Source of the DNA: Calditrichia bacterium
GTDB taxonomy: Bacteria > Calditrichota > Calditrichia > RBG-13-44-9 > J075
Assembly: GCA_050633245.1 (NCBI GenBank)
Contig: JBOEGD010000011.1
Span: 396,985 to 460,984 of the forward strand
DNA length: 64,000 nt
Direction of reading: 5' to 3'
Made by a program: the position numbers and the translations under genes. Shown here piece after piece: positions 29,729-40,345 of this stretch. The notes under the pieces were generated by a model, which was not told the origin of the DNA, ran no database searches, and saw nothing but the letters and a program-made list of their open reading frames with translations. Position 1 is the stretch's first letter; every line of letters starts with the position of its first letter.

Positions 29729-32500
29729 TTATAGCGTCACGTTGATTACTTTTCTGTTGTTCTTGCATTTATCACCGAATGCCAACTGCACAAGAGCTTC
29801 CTGTTCAGCCTTGTGATGCTTAGAGACTCCCGTTGCCGGGCTGGCACTGCCAAGACGAGAAACGAGCGTCATATTGTTTAAGCGCAGCTTGCGATGTAAG
29901 AATCCCCACGCTCCCATGTTCTCCGGTTCTTCCTGAATCCAGCAGGTCGCTTTTGCGTTCGGATAACGTTTCATTGTTGTTGCAATCGGATCATATGCAA
30001 TAGGATAGATTTGCTCGAGACGAGCAATGGCAACATCCTCACGTCCTTCTCTTGTCTGCTTCTCCAGTAAGTCGTAATAAACTTTACCCGTGCAAAACAG
30101 AACGCGCTTTACTTTTTTCGGGTCGGCAATCGGATCATCTATGACCTGCTCAAACTTTGAGTTTCCGATAAAATCACTTACCGGGCTAACGCATAGCGGA
30201 TGCCTTAACAAGCTCTTTGGCGTGAAGATTACCATAGGAATTCGGAATGGATAAACGATTTGTCTGCGCATAGCATGATACAAGCTGGCTGGCGTAGTGC
30301 AGTTTAGAACCTGCATGTTTTTATAGGCGCATAAGTTAAGAAAGCGCTCCATGCGAGCCGACGAGTGTTCCGGTCCCTGACCTTCATAACCATGAGGGAG
30401 CAACATAACCAGGCCATTGTATCGACGCCATTTCGCATCTGAAGATGAAATGAACTGATCAATTATGATCTGAGCGCCGTTGGCAAAGTCGCCAAACTGC
30501 GCTTCCCAAATCGTTAGTCCATTTGGATAAGCAGAAGCGTAGCCGTATTCGAAGCCCAGCACGCCGTATTCAGAAAGCAGCGAGTTATAGGCGCGAAATT
30601 GAGCCTGCTTGTCCGAAATATTATTTAATGGAATGTATTCGTCTTCGGTTTCTTCATTTATCAATACGGCATGGCGGTGTGAAAATGTCCCGCGTTCAAC
30701 ATCCTGGCCAGATAGGCGTACTGGTGTGCCTGAATCCAGCAGCGAAGCATAGGCGAGTGTTTCGCCCATTGCCCAATCGAACTGCTCCTTCTCAACCAAT
30801 CGCTTCATGCGATCTTCGTATACCTTGCGAATTTTTCTGAAGGCCTTTATATCGTCTGGAACAGTAAAGATTTTCTCGCTGATTCGCATCAGGTCTTTCT
30901 TGGTTATCCCTGTTTTCGGGGATTCGAGAAAGTCGTCGTCCTTTGCTTTGCGGATTCCCTTCCAGTCACTTTTAAAGGTAGAAATTTCGCTCACAACCAT
31001 ATTCTTCTTTGCGCGTTCCTGAGACTTCTGCAGAGTCGCGCGGTATTGATCTTCCATTCCCTGAACCACAGCAGAGCTGATTTGGCCTTCTTTCTCAAGC
31101 TGAGCCATATATATCTTTAATGAATCTTTATGTGCTGCGATTGCTTTATAGAGCTTGGGTTGCGTAAAACGTGGTTCATCAGATTCATTATGACCGTATT
31201 TGCGGTAGCCTAATAAATCAATAAATACATCGCCATTGAACTCATTGCGATATTCCATCGCCATTAGAATGGTAAACATAACAGCTTCAACGTCGTCCGC
31301 ATTCACGTGAAAAACCGGAGAGCGCGTTACCTTGGCAACATCGGTACAATATGTTGATGATCGGGCGTCAAGATAGTTGGTTGTAAAGCCTATTTGGTTG
31401 TTGACGACCAAGTGGATTGAGCCGCCGTTTTTGTAGCCATCGAGGTGCGCCATCTGAACGACTTCATACGCAATTCCCTGTCCGGCAATAGCGGCATCCC
31501 CGTGAATAATAATCGGAACGCACTTATCATAATCCCCGTCGTAGCGTTTATCCACCTTCGCACGGACCACGCCGTTCACGACCGGAGCCACCGCTTCCAA
31601 GTGAGATGGGTTTGGTACGAGATTCAGGTGAACTTCTTTATTGTTTGCTGTAATAACATTGCTTGAATATCCAAGATGGTATTTCACGTCCGCTTCAAAT
31701 TCTGTATCCAGATATTCGCCACCTTCAAATTCCACAAAAATATCGTCCAGGGATTTTCCCATGATATTAGCCAGAACATTTAAACGACCGCGGTGCGCCA
31801 TCCCAATCACAAATTCTTTAACGCCAAGATTTGCGCCCTTAGTAATAATTGCGTCAAGAGCGGGAATGAGCGTCTCACCACCGGAAAGAGCAAAGCGTTT
31901 TTGGCCGACGTACTTGGAATGCAGGTAATTCTCAAAGACCACAGAAGACATCAGCTTTTCGAGAATATGTTTTTTTTCTTCTATATTGAAGTTCGGTGTA
32001 TTCTTGGAAGTCTCCATCTTCTTTTGCAGCCAGTCAATTCTTTCTGGGCTGCGCATAAAGCGGAATTCTGCACCAATTGCATCACAATAGGTTTCCGTTA
32101 AATGGTCAACAATAACTCGGAGCTTCTGCGGGCCGATTCCAAGTTCAGTGCTGGACTGAAAGACCGTATCCATATCTGCGTCAGATAATCCAAAGCGTTC
32201 GAGCGTGATTTTGGGCTCATAACTTCGACGGTCTCGAACCGGGTTCGTTTTCGTAAACAAGTGCCCGCGCGTGCGATACTCATTTATGAGGTTTAATACA
32301 TAGATTTCTTTTAGGGCAGCTGGCGGATCGGCAGACACAGATGAAGCATCTGCGTGGCCGTTCAAAGACTGAGCGAATTCGAATCCTTCGAAAAACTTTC
32401 GCCAGGTCACATCAACAGATTCAGGGTTGTTCTTGTAGTCTTTGTAAAGTTGCTCAATGAATTCAGGGTGGGCATTGCTCAGATAGGATAACTTGTCCAT
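29729..32500 (-). CDS. sucA: 2-oxoglutarate dehydrogenase E1
   Basis: GMAHRGRLN, NPSHLE, HGDAA, GHNESDEP, GTFSHRH, WEAQFGDF, GPEHSS. Confidence 0.98.
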   Translation of the reverse strand: MDKLSYLSNAHPEFIEQLYKDYKNNPESVDVTWRKFFEGFEFAQSLNGHADASSVSADPPAALKEIYVLNLINEYRTRGHLFTKTNPVRDRRSYEPKITLERFGLSDADMDTVFQSSTELGIGPQKLRVIVDHLTETYCDAIGAEFRFMRSPERIDWLQKKMETSKNTPNFNIEEKKHILEKLMSSVVFENYLHSKYVGQKRFALSGGETLIPALDAIITKGANLGVKEFVIGMAHRGRLNVLANIMGKSLDDIFVEFEGGEYLDTEFEADVKYHLGYSSNVITANNKEVHLNLVPNPSHLEAVAPVVNGVVRAKVDKRYDGDYDKCVPIIIHGDAAIAGQGIAYEVVQMAHLDGYKNGGSIHLVVNNQIGFTTNYLDARSSTYCTDVAKVTRSPVFHVNADDVEAVMFTILMAMEYRNEFNGDVFIDLLGYRKYGHNESDEPRFTQPKLYKAIAAHKDSLKIYMAQLEKEGQISSAVVQGMEDQYRATLQKSQERAKKNMVVSEISTFKSDWKGIRKAKDDDFLESPKTGITKKDLMRISEKIFTVPDDIKAFRKIRKVYEDRMKRLVEKEQFDWAMGETLAYASLLDSGTPVRLSGQDVERGTFSHRHAVLINEETEDEYIPLNNISDKQAQFRAYNSLLSEYGVLGFEYGYASAYPNGLTIWEAQFGDFANGAQIIIDQFISSSDAKWRRYNGLVMLLPHGYEGQGPEHSSARMERFLNLCAYKNMQVLNCTTPASLYHAMRRQIVYPFRIPMVIFTPKSLLRHPLCVSPVSDFIGNSKFEQVIDDPIADPKKVKRVLFCTGKVYYDLLEKQTREGREDVAIARLEQIYPIAYDPIATTMKRYPNAKATCWIQEEPENMGAWGFLHRKLRLNNMTLVSRLGSASPATGVSKHHKAEQEALVQLAFGDKCKNNRKVINVTL

Positions 32501-32831
32501 AATCCCTCGATAGATTTTTAGCCGTTATATTGCGTGGTCGTAGTTCACCCAAATGATAAGGCTAAAAATTAAGCTGTAAGTGACTTAAAGTCAATTCGCA
32601 ATGAAGTTATTTTGAGAGCGCGGAAACGGGTCGATTGACAATAAGATTGATTGCGATAAATGGTGCGTTCGATTAAAGATTATGTATGTCTCTATCCCTG
32701 TTAAGCACACTGACAAAATGAAAATGCAAAATCGTTTTATCATACTACTTACGTCATTAATCTTCATAGATTTAATCTTTTTTTAGGGAATTTGGAAGTG
32801 AACTACCTGGAAGTTGCCTGCACAGGTCAGC

Positions 32832-33767
32832 TTAATCAACCACGGGTGCCGATATACCCGCCTTTTTCTCATGATATTTTGCAAGCTGAAAGTCACCGTT
32901 TTTGCGATAGAGAGCAGCAAGCATCTGATGCGCCTCTGCATGTTCGGTGTTGTCCTCCAGGGCAGCAATAAGAAAATCGTGGGCTTTGGCGTCTTCATTG
33001 AGAGCAAGACAGATACCAGCTTGTTTTAGCAGAATCTCCGAACGAAGCTCTGGTAAGCGGTTACTTGCTTCTTCGTAGAGAGACATTAGCTTTTCATAGG
33101 CCATAGCCTTTTCATACACTGAGGCGAGATAATTGTAAAACTGAATTTCGCGCGGATAGATTGAGAGGGCAGTCAGGTAAATATTCTCGGCCTTCTCATA
33201 ATCTTTTTGCAATGAGTAGATTGTTCCAAATGCCTTGAAACCTTCCCATGAATTTTGCTGTTCCAGAATTGTAGCGTGCTCGATTGCCTTACTATCACTG
33301 CCACCGGCAATAGCGGGGACCAGAACGTAAAACTGGATTAAGTCATGTCGAGCCAGCGTATTTAGCGAATCCAGTTCTACCGCTTGCATAAAACAGCGCT
33401 TTATTTTTCGGGCGTATAAGGTCTTTTTGATGATATTCGAGTTTAAAGCTGTCTTTACGTAGCTGCGACCAAGCCAGAGCACATACATCGAACTGTCTGG
33501 CGCGAGGTCTACGGCCCTCTCGAAATGCTTTTCGGCCTGTTCGTTCTTCTCTCTATCATATGCAATACGTCCCAGATAGTAGAAACCTGCAGAATTATCC
33601 GGGTAGGCTGTGCAAAATTTTTCCAGAAGAGTCACTGCTGTTAGTGTATCGCCAGCGGTATAAAGAGCGATCGCTTTTTGCAGCTCGTCCACGTTTGCAG
33701 ATTCCGCGTTCGCATGAGCTGCAATAGCGAATGTTAGAAACAAGATGGTAGCCAGGAGGCGTTTCAT
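32832..33767 (-). CDS. Secreted TPR-repeat protein
   Basis: Signal peptide MKRLLATILFLTFAIAAHA from ATG 33767; several TPRs (YYLGRIAY, WLGRSY, YNYLASVY). Confidence 0.8.
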   Translation of the reverse strand: MKRLLATILFLTFAIAAHANAESANVDELQKAIALYTAGDTLTAVTLLEKFCTAYPDNSAGFYYLGRIAYDREKNEQAEKHFERAVDLAPDSSMYVLWLGRSYVKTALNSNIIKKTLYARKIKRCFMQAVELDSLNTLARHDLIQFYVLVPAIAGGSDSKAIEHATILEQQNSWEGFKAFGTIYSLQKDYEKAENIYLTALSIYPREIQFYNYLASVYEKAMAYEKLMSLYEEASNRLPELRSEILLKQAGICLALNEDAKAHDFLIAALEDNTEHAEAHQMLAALYRKNGDFQLAKYHEKKAGISAPVVD

Positions 33768-33822
33768 GTCGTTGGGCTTTTTAGTAAATTCAAGAACAAT
33801 AACTGTGCCGTTTTTAAGGAAC

Positions 33823-33855
33823 ATAGCAAACGCCCTTCACAGAGGCATTTGCTAT
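33823..33855. terminator. Hairpin downstream of the RND operon
   Basis: ATAGCAAACGCCC-ttcaca-GAGGCATTTGCTAT inverted repeat. Confidence 0.6.
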
Positions 33856-33906
33856 TTATAACGAAACTATAACATTTTTGGTTTCATTGCCGCCCTTAAG
33901 AATATA

Positions 33907-36900
33907 TTAAACCGGCTCTGCTTTCACTTGCACCACTTCCCTCGCGAGTAACTTGTATAACACCGGCACAACTAGCAACGTCAGAAAAGTAGACACCAAC
34001 AGTCCACCGATAATCGTCCAGCCCATCGGTGCCCAAAGCGTTCCACCTGCCAGCGTTAGCGGAAGCAATCCGCCAACCGTAGTAGCCGTTGTCAGAACAA
34101 TTGGTGTCAAACGCGTTTCACCAGCAAGAGTAATCGCGCTTAATAATTCCTTCCCTTCATCCCGTAATTGATTTGTATAATCGACCAGAATAATGGAATT
34201 GTTTACTACGATCCCAACCAAACTGGTTAAGCCAACAAATGCCGTAAACGAGAATGAGTAGCCGGTAAGAAAGAGCGCGAAAATTGAGCCTGTCAGCGCT
34301 ACCGGGATCGCAGAGAAAACGATAATCGGCTGGACATAAGACCGGAACTGCAGAACCAGTACACCCATAATTCCAACCATGGCTACAAGTATGGCGGCAA
34401 TCATTCCGCCAAAAGCATCTTGACGCGTAGCCACCTCGCCACCGATTGAATAGCGAAAGCCATCAGGCCACTCAATAGTGTCCAGCTTTTCAACAACGTC
34501 AGCCGTTACCAGCTCGGTCGAATAGCCACGCTGCACATTTGATGTTATACTGACCATGCGTTCCAGATTGAAGTGATTAATTAGTGGTGGACTGGATTTA
34601 AACTCAATTGTCGATAGTTGCTTAAGCGGAATCTGAGCGCCACTGACAGAGGAAACATAAACCTGCTGTAAATCATCGATAGTCGTTTTATTCACTACCG
34701 GGAGCCGTAAGACGATATTGTATTCCTCCCCCTCTTTGTCCTTAAATGTCGAAACCGGCAGCCCGGCAACGGCAGCGCGAATCGTTCGATCAATTTCCAC
34801 CAACCGCACACCAAGCATGCTGGCTTTTTCACGATTAATATCCAGATGTAGATTGGTCTTTGAGGTTTGCAGTGGATTATAAACATCCAGCGTGCCATCG
34901 CTAGACTCGATAACTTCAGCCACTTTTTCGGCCATTGTCCCAAGCATCTTCAGCTCTTCACCAATCACCTTAATTTCGACCGGCGCCAGAATGGGCGGTC
35001 CCTGCTCGAATTCCTTCACCTGAATTCGCGCTCCGGGAAAGCCGGCTATCCGTGCGCGCAGCGTGTCTACAATGCGTGCACGATCCCTCTCATGTTCGGC
35101 AGCCAAACCCACTAAAATTTGAGCGTGCGTGCTCTTCTCATTTTGAATACGCATGTTGTAATAGACACGTGGATTACTTCGGCCAATATTTGCGGTGTAT
35201 TGTTCAACTTCATCAATTTTCGCAAGTTCAGACTCGACAAAACGCGCGACAGAGTTCGTCTTATCCAGACTGGTTCCCTCAGGCATATCGATATCTACAA
35301 TGAACTGCGCCTTATCTGCTTTTGGGAAAAGGCTTACACCAACAAGTGGAAATAAAAGCAGGCTACCGAAAAAAATTGCGAAGGTGATCAGCAAGACGCG
35401 GGACGGATGCTGCAATCCCCACTTTAGAGAAGGACGATAATATTTTTCGACAACCATATTCAGGAAACGCTGAAGAAATAGTTTTTTTGATTTCGCCGGC
35501 TTTAACCAACGACTGGAAAGGAATGGAGTGAGCGTCAGTGAAACAATCAGGGATGCCAACAGTGTGTAAATCACCGTAACGGGCATGCTTCTGATAAAAC
35601 TTCCGGTCGTGCTCTGTAATGCAACCATCGGCACAAATGCCAGTACTGTGGTTATGGTTGAACTAACAATCGGCCAGCCAATTTGCCCCGTTCCCAAAAC
35701 TGCTGCTTCACCATTTTTATGGCCCATTTGCATAAAGCGACTGACATTCTCCGTAACAACGGTCGCGTTGTCTACCAGCAGGCCAAGCGCAATTACCAAC
35801 CCAACGATGGTCATTTGTTGAATGCCATATCCATTCAGATCAACGAAACCAATAGCGATTAAAATTGAGAGAGGAATGGCCAACATAACAATCGCGGAGG
35901 CACGAAGTCCCAATGCCAAGATCATCACGATTCCCACCAGAATAATTCCCTGCATTAGGTTGGTAAAGAAGCCACCCAATCGGTTATCGACACTAATGGA
36001 TTGATTGAAGTTTATCTTTAGGGCAATTGTTTCGGGTAGGGTGTTCTCAAACTGAGTAATCTGTTCGTTTACGCCTTCCATAACGGTAAAGATGTTGGTG
36101 CTGGCTTTTTGAATAGCAGTCACAAAAATCGCACGTTTACCGTTAAGTCGACCATAATGCGTTTCATCTGCTGTTTCGAAAGAAATGTCTGCAATATCGC
36201 GAAGGTACACAATCGAGCCGGGCGTAGCGCGAACAATTGTTCTTCCAATGTCGTCTATCGTTTCATAGTTGCCGCTGGTTTCCAGGTTAAATTTCTTGCC
36301 GCCAATGTCAATATTTCCTCCCGGTATATTGGCGTTCTCACTTTGAATTGCCCCCGCAACCTGCTGAAGCGGAATGTTCATGGCAGCCATTTTTTCCATG
36401 TCAATCGAAATGCGAACTTCAGATTCCGGGAAAGCCCAGGTCTCAACCTTTTTAATACCGGCAATCCGCTCCAGCTTTTTCTTTAGGGTTTCCGCCTGCT
36501 TGTCTAAGTCGCGATAGCTGGCTGTTTCGGATTGCAGAGCAACCTGCATAATATTGACGTTTGAAGGTGAAAATTGCAGAACGTCGATTAGAACAATTCC
36601 GTCAGGGAGAGTGCCACGAATACTGTTTATCTTATCATTTACTTCATCTTCTTTTTCGTCCGGGTCGGTATCTACATAAAATTCGACCTGCATTACCACC
36701 AGGCCGTCTTCAATTGTGGTGTCGAATTTTTTGATATCTTCAATTTCGTTGATTGCTTCTTCAATGGGGTCAGCAACCAGCTTTTCCAGATCTGTCGGGT
36801 CTGCACCGGGATATACTACTACAACACCGGTAATCGGCAGCGTAAATTGCGGATCCTCGCTACGCGGCATATTTAGAAATGAAGTTAGTCCGAACAATCC

Positions 36901-36963
36901 CAGCAGCGCCATCATAATCAGCGTAAACTGATGGTTTTCTATGGCAAGCTTTGGTAATCTCAT
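33907..36963 (-). CDS. RND efflux transporter permease (AcrB/AcrD/AcrF family)
   Basis: 1018 aa; GLLVDNATVV, GIVVNNSIILVD, RLTPIVLTT motifs; two large periplasmic loops. Confidence 0.95.
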   Translation of the reverse strand: MRLPKLAIENHQFTLIMMALLGLFGLTSFLNMPRSEDPQFTLPITGVVVVYPGADPTDLEKLVADPIEEAINEIEDIKKFDTTIEDGLVVMQVEFYVDTDPDEKEDEVNDKINSIRGTLPDGIVLIDVLQFSPSNVNIMQVALQSETASYRDLDKQAETLKKKLERIAGIKKVETWAFPESEVRISIDMEKMAAMNIPLQQVAGAIQSENANIPGGNIDIGGKKFNLETSGNYETIDDIGRTIVRATPGSIVYLRDIADISFETADETHYGRLNGKRAIFVTAIQKASTNIFTVMEGVNEQITQFENTLPETIALKINFNQSISVDNRLGGFFTNLMQGIILVGIVMILALGLRASAIVMLAIPLSILIAIGFVDLNGYGIQQMTIVGLVIALGLLVDNATVVTENVSRFMQMGHKNGEAAVLGTGQIGWPIVSSTITTVLAFVPMVALQSTTGSFIRSMPVTVIYTLLASLIVSLTLTPFLSSRWLKPAKSKKLFLQRFLNMVVEKYYRPSLKWGLQHPSRVLLITFAIFFGSLLLFPLVGVSLFPKADKAQFIVDIDMPEGTSLDKTNSVARFVESELAKIDEVEQYTANIGRSNPRVYYNMRIQNEKSTHAQILVGLAAEHERDRARIVDTLRARIAGFPGARIQVKEFEQGPPILAPVEIKVIGEELKMLGTMAEKVAEVIESSDGTLDVYNPLQTSKTNLHLDINREKASMLGVRLVEIDRTIRAAVAGLPVSTFKDKEGEEYNIVLRLPVVNKTTIDDLQQVYVSSVSGAQIPLKQLSTIEFKSSPPLINHFNLERMVSITSNVQRGYSTELVTADVVEKLDTIEWPDGFRYSIGGEVATRQDAFGGMIAAILVAMVGIMGVLVLQFRSYVQPIIVFSAIPVALTGSIFALFLTGYSFSFTAFVGLTSLVGIVVNNSIILVDYTNQLRDEGKELLSAITLAGETRLTPIVLTTATTVGGLLPLTLAGGTLWAPMGWTIIGGLLVSTFLTLLVVPVLYKLLAREVVQVKAEPV

Positions 36964-36994
36964 AGTTCATATATTCCTGTTTTTACAAGTTCAG

Positions 36995-38044
36995 TTACTG
37001 AACAATATCAATTGTTTGGCCATCGCGGACATAGGCCGAGCCATCGGTAATAACCGCTGCGCCAGGTTGAAGTGGTGTGGAGACGGCGATATTATCTGCC
37101 AGAATATGAGCGATGTCTATTTGGGTTCGTCTTGCGGTATTGCCATCTGCCAGAAAAATTTTTCCTCGTTGACCATCGCCTTCAACCAGGGCCTCTGATG
37201 GGATTAGAGACAATGAGGTACCCTTGGAAGGTGTAAGCTCGACGCTCGCGACAAATCCGGAGATGAGGCGTAAGGGTGTCTTGTCCAGACGGATCTCCAC
37301 TTCATACGTACCGCTACGGGAATCTACGGCTGAAGCAATCTCTACAACCTCACCGCTGAAAGTTTCTCCCGGATAAGGATCAAATGTAACGCTTGCTTTG
37401 TCACCCATTTTCAATGCAACAAGGTCGCGATCCGAAACTCCACAACGAACAATCCATGAATCGCTGGATGAGCTAAATGTAAAGATGGGAGTTCCGGGGC
37501 CAACAAGCTCATCTCGTTCGACAAAACGCTTGAGCATCTTTCCATTAGCCGGTGCGTAAATAGCTGCATGTCGCTGATTGAACTTTGTAATCTCCAGCTG
37601 AGACCCGGCAACAGCCAGAGCAGTCTTACTGTTCTGCAGCTGCTCCAGGGTTATAACACTATCTGAATACAAAGCCGTCACCCGTTTTAAATCACGCTCG
37701 GCCTTGTCATAGCCACTTTGAGCTGCAACAACCTGAGCGTTAATTTCTCGTCTATCCAAATGAGCCAGAAGCTGTCCCTTCTTTACTTCAGCACCTTCAT
37801 CAACAGCCAGTCGCTGCAAAATGCCGCCTATTTTAAAAGAAAGCCGACTTTCAGCCTTAGTTGCCAAAACACCAGCCGTGCGAATAGCAGGGGAGAGGCT
37901 TACTTTTTGTACGGTAACAACACGCACCGGCGTAGCCTTCTCTGCAATTGACTCTACTGTTGAATCATCTGCGCCGCAGCCAGCTAAAAGCATAGCGACG
38001 ATTGTCGCACATATCAGCAGAATGGAATTTCTTTTCATATTCAT
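36995..38044 (-). CDS. RND periplasmic adaptor (MFP) lipoprotein
   Basis: Lipobox LAGC; LSFKIGG...VDEG..VKKGQLLA; IYAPANG. Confidence 0.93.
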   Translation of the reverse strand: MNMKRNSILLICATIVAMLLAGCGADDSTVESIAEKATPVRVVTVQKVSLSPAIRTAGVLATKAESRLSFKIGGILQRLAVDEGAEVKKGQLLAHLDRREINAQVVAAQSGYDKAERDLKRVTALYSDSVITLEQLQNSKTALAVAGSQLEITKFNQRHAAIYAPANGKMLKRFVERDELVGPGTPIFTFSSSSDSWIVRCGVSDRDLVALKMGDKASVTFDPYPGETFSGEVVEIASAVDSRSGTYEVEIRLDKTPLRLISGFVASVELTPSKGTSLSLIPSEALVEGDGQRGKIFLADGNTARRTQIDIAHILADNIAVSTPLQPGAAVITDGSAYVRDGQTIDIVQ

Positions 38045-38062
38045 GATTCACCTTTATCATTG

Positions 38063-39433
38063 TTATTCTTTGTCGTTTTGTTTATTGATGGCTACAACGC
38101 GTTCGTATTCAGCGTAGCGAATTTGATAGTCGTAGCGCGCGAGTATATGTGAGATTTCAGACTGCGTCAGGCTATTTCGGACGTCCAGGTATTCGATTTG
38201 TGGAGCAATGCCGCTTGCGTATTTCTTTTCGATAATGCGAAAGCTTTTGCGATTACTTACAACGCGTTGTTGGGCTGCTTCTATAGCACTCTTGGCTACA
38301 AGCAGGTTTTGATGCGCATCTTCTACCTGAAGTTGAATCTGCAAATCGAGTTCTTTTTGAGACGCAATTATTCGTTTTTTCTCAAGTTGGGCCTGTTGGA
38401 CCTTGGCCTTGTCTTGCCCACCGTTAAACAGATTCCAGCTCAGCACTACTGAACCCATCCAGTAATCATCTTTGGAGGTAAAATTATAGTCTTCGCCCTG
38501 GAAGCCATAGTCTGCAACCAGAGTAATTGCCGGCAAAAAACGACTTTTTGCTGCACCTACGCCATTGCCGGCCGCCCCAACCGCGTAACGAAGCTGATGT
38601 AACTCATCGCGCTGCTTCAAAGCAAGTGAGGTTGCATCCTCTGTGGTTAGTGGCGTGATAAATGCAAGCGCATCGTCATCCAACTCGCTAATTGCCGATT
38701 TTAATGGACGATTAAGCAGGAAGTTGAAATAGTTGGCCGCCAGCGTTCGATTTTTCCCAGCCTCTGCAATTTGTTGATTGAGATCCGCAAGCTCAGCTTC
38801 CGAGCGAAAAACAACTTCCTGCGTAACTTTATCGTTCTTAAAAAGACTATTACTGACACGCAGATTCTCCTGTAATACCTCAATTGTTGAATTCAGCAGA
38901 TTTTCGACCTGCAAAGATTTTTGATAGTTGAAGTAGGCAGTCTTGATATCTACGGTTAATTGACGCTTGAAGGCATTGCGTTTGCTCGCTTGTGCTGCGG
39001 CAAGATTTTTCTTCGCGCGATAGTTGTGATAAATCTGAGGCTGAAATAAAGGCTGTATCAACTGGAGTTTGGTATCATGTTCCTTTTCACGAAGAAAAGG
39101 GATTGAGGTATTCTCCAGCTGGGGAAATTGTTGCGTGCCCGTTAGCTGATTCAGGGTTGAATACGCATCGTTTAGCAAGTCGCCGGTAGGGAACTCAATA
39201 TTCCGGCCGCCTCCTGCTCGGGAATATCGAGCTTCGATGCCGATTGAAGGCAGGAAGAGCCCGCGGGCCTCATCAAGAGCGGCCATACTTTGCTGAAGAA
39301 TAAAATTTTCCTTTTGTAGAGCAAGGTTGGCCTTAATGCCTTCACTTACATAATCCTCCAGAGATTGCGCAAAGCTCAGCGTGCTTAGTATCAGTGTGAA
39401 TAAGATCACACCAGTTTTTTGTAACATCATCAA
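38063..39433 (-). CDS. TolC-family outer membrane efflux protein
   Basis: Signal peptide; FLPSI, QPLF, WNLFNGG, helical OEP repeats. Confidence 0.92.
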   Translation of the reverse strand: MMMLQKTGVILFTLILSTLSFAQSLEDYVSEGIKANLALQKENFILQQSMAALDEARGLFLPSIGIEARYSRAGGGRNIEFPTGDLLNDAYSTLNQLTGTQQFPQLENTSIPFLREKEHDTKLQLIQPLFQPQIYHNYRAKKNLAAAQASKRNAFKRQLTVDIKTAYFNYQKSLQVENLLNSTIEVLQENLRVSNSLFKNDKVTQEVVFRSEAELADLNQQIAEAGKNRTLAANYFNFLLNRPLKSAISELDDDALAFITPLTTEDATSLALKQRDELHQLRYAVGAAGNGVGAAKSRFLPAITLVADYGFQGEDYNFTSKDDYWMGSVVLSWNLFNGGQDKAKVQQAQLEKKRIIASQKELDLQIQLQVEDAHQNLLVAKSAIEAAQQRVVSNRKSFRIIEKKYASGIAPQIEYLDVRNSLTQSEISHILARYDYQIRYAEYERVVAINKQNDKE

Positions 39434-39457
39434 TCTCCTTAACGATTGTTGAGTTTG

Positions 39458-39470
39458 TGACTATCAGTCA
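39458..39470. promoter_or_regulatory. Putative TetR operator TGACT-N3-AGTCA upstream of tolC
   Basis: Palindrome TGACTatcAGTCA; same arms at 40180-40192. Confidence 0.7.
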
Positions 39471-39511
39471 TAATTTGGCACAAAAAAAACGAAACAACGT
39501 CGTTTCGCCTG

Positions 39512-40156
39512 TTATTTATTCTGTAATGCATGTGCAACAAAGTCAAATACCTCGGGAAGTAGCTCGTCCGGGTCAACGTTATGGTGAGACTTCATATGAT
39601 TGCCTTTTTTCCCCATGGCAACCACCTGAATCACGCCGGTCATTTGTCCCCAAAGGAGATACGCCGTTTTCATAGGGTGCACATTGGGGCGTATGCTGGA
39701 ATCATCGATACCTTCCTGCAGGGCAGAAGCAACGGTATCCATAACGTTCTCTGAACACGCGTGGCACTGAAACCCATATGATTGCTTATCATCCATATCG
39801 ATTTTTGCATAATCGCTGGTCATCATTGCGTGAAAGTAGTTGGGATAGCTCTGAGCGTAATTGTAATAGGTTTCGCCGATCTTTCGCACTTTGCACATTC
39901 CATTGCCTCCAATGGTAAGCGCCTTTTGAAATTCTTCATGCAGAATTTTCATGCCGCGAAGCTGGATGGCATGCCAAAGATCATCCTTATTCTTAAAGTA
40001 GAGATAGAGCGTGCCTTTACTAAGCTCGGATGTTTCCGCGACGTCATCCATGGTTGCATGGTCAAAGCCCTTGCTAAAGAAGACTTTTTCTGCGGCATCC
40101 ACGATCATATTTCTGCGATATTCTTTTTCGCGCTCTCTGCGCTCATTTATGCCCAC
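39512..40156 (-). CDS. TetR/AcrR family transcriptional regulator
   Basis: IVDAAEKVFFSKGF...TMDDVA...SKGTLYLYFKNKDDL helix-turn-helix. Confidence 0.95.
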   Translation of the reverse strand: MGINERREREKEYRRNMIVDAAEKVFFSKGFDHATMDDVAETSELSKGTLYLYFKNKDDLWHAIQLRGMKILHEEFQKALTIGGNGMCKVRKIGETYYNYAQSYPNYFHAMMTSDYAKIDMDDKQSYGFQCHACSENVMDTVASALQEGIDDSSIRPNVHPMKTAYLLWGQMTGVIQVVAMGKKGNHMKSHHNVDPDELLPEVFDFVAHALQNK

Positions 40157-40179
40157 ATTTTTTCCTTTTTCGATACTAC

Positions 40180-40192
40180 TGACTGCAAGTCA
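40180..40192. promoter_or_regulatory. Putative TetR operator TGACT-N3-AGTCA upstream of tetR
   Basis: Palindrome TGACTgcaAGTCA, just downstream of a minus-strand TTGACT-18-TATATT promoter-like pair (40235-40206). Confidence 0.7.
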
Positions 40193-40345
40193 TATAGTTG
40201 ACGCCAATATATTGTTAAAGTTTAAAAGAAGTCAACATTTATTTTATACGGGGCAGAAGACTACAGAAAGAGCATGACTTGAAAGCTGGAAAACAAATAT
40301 CATAATAGTGCAAAAGTTGTGCGGTTTTACGTGATTCGCCTGGCA

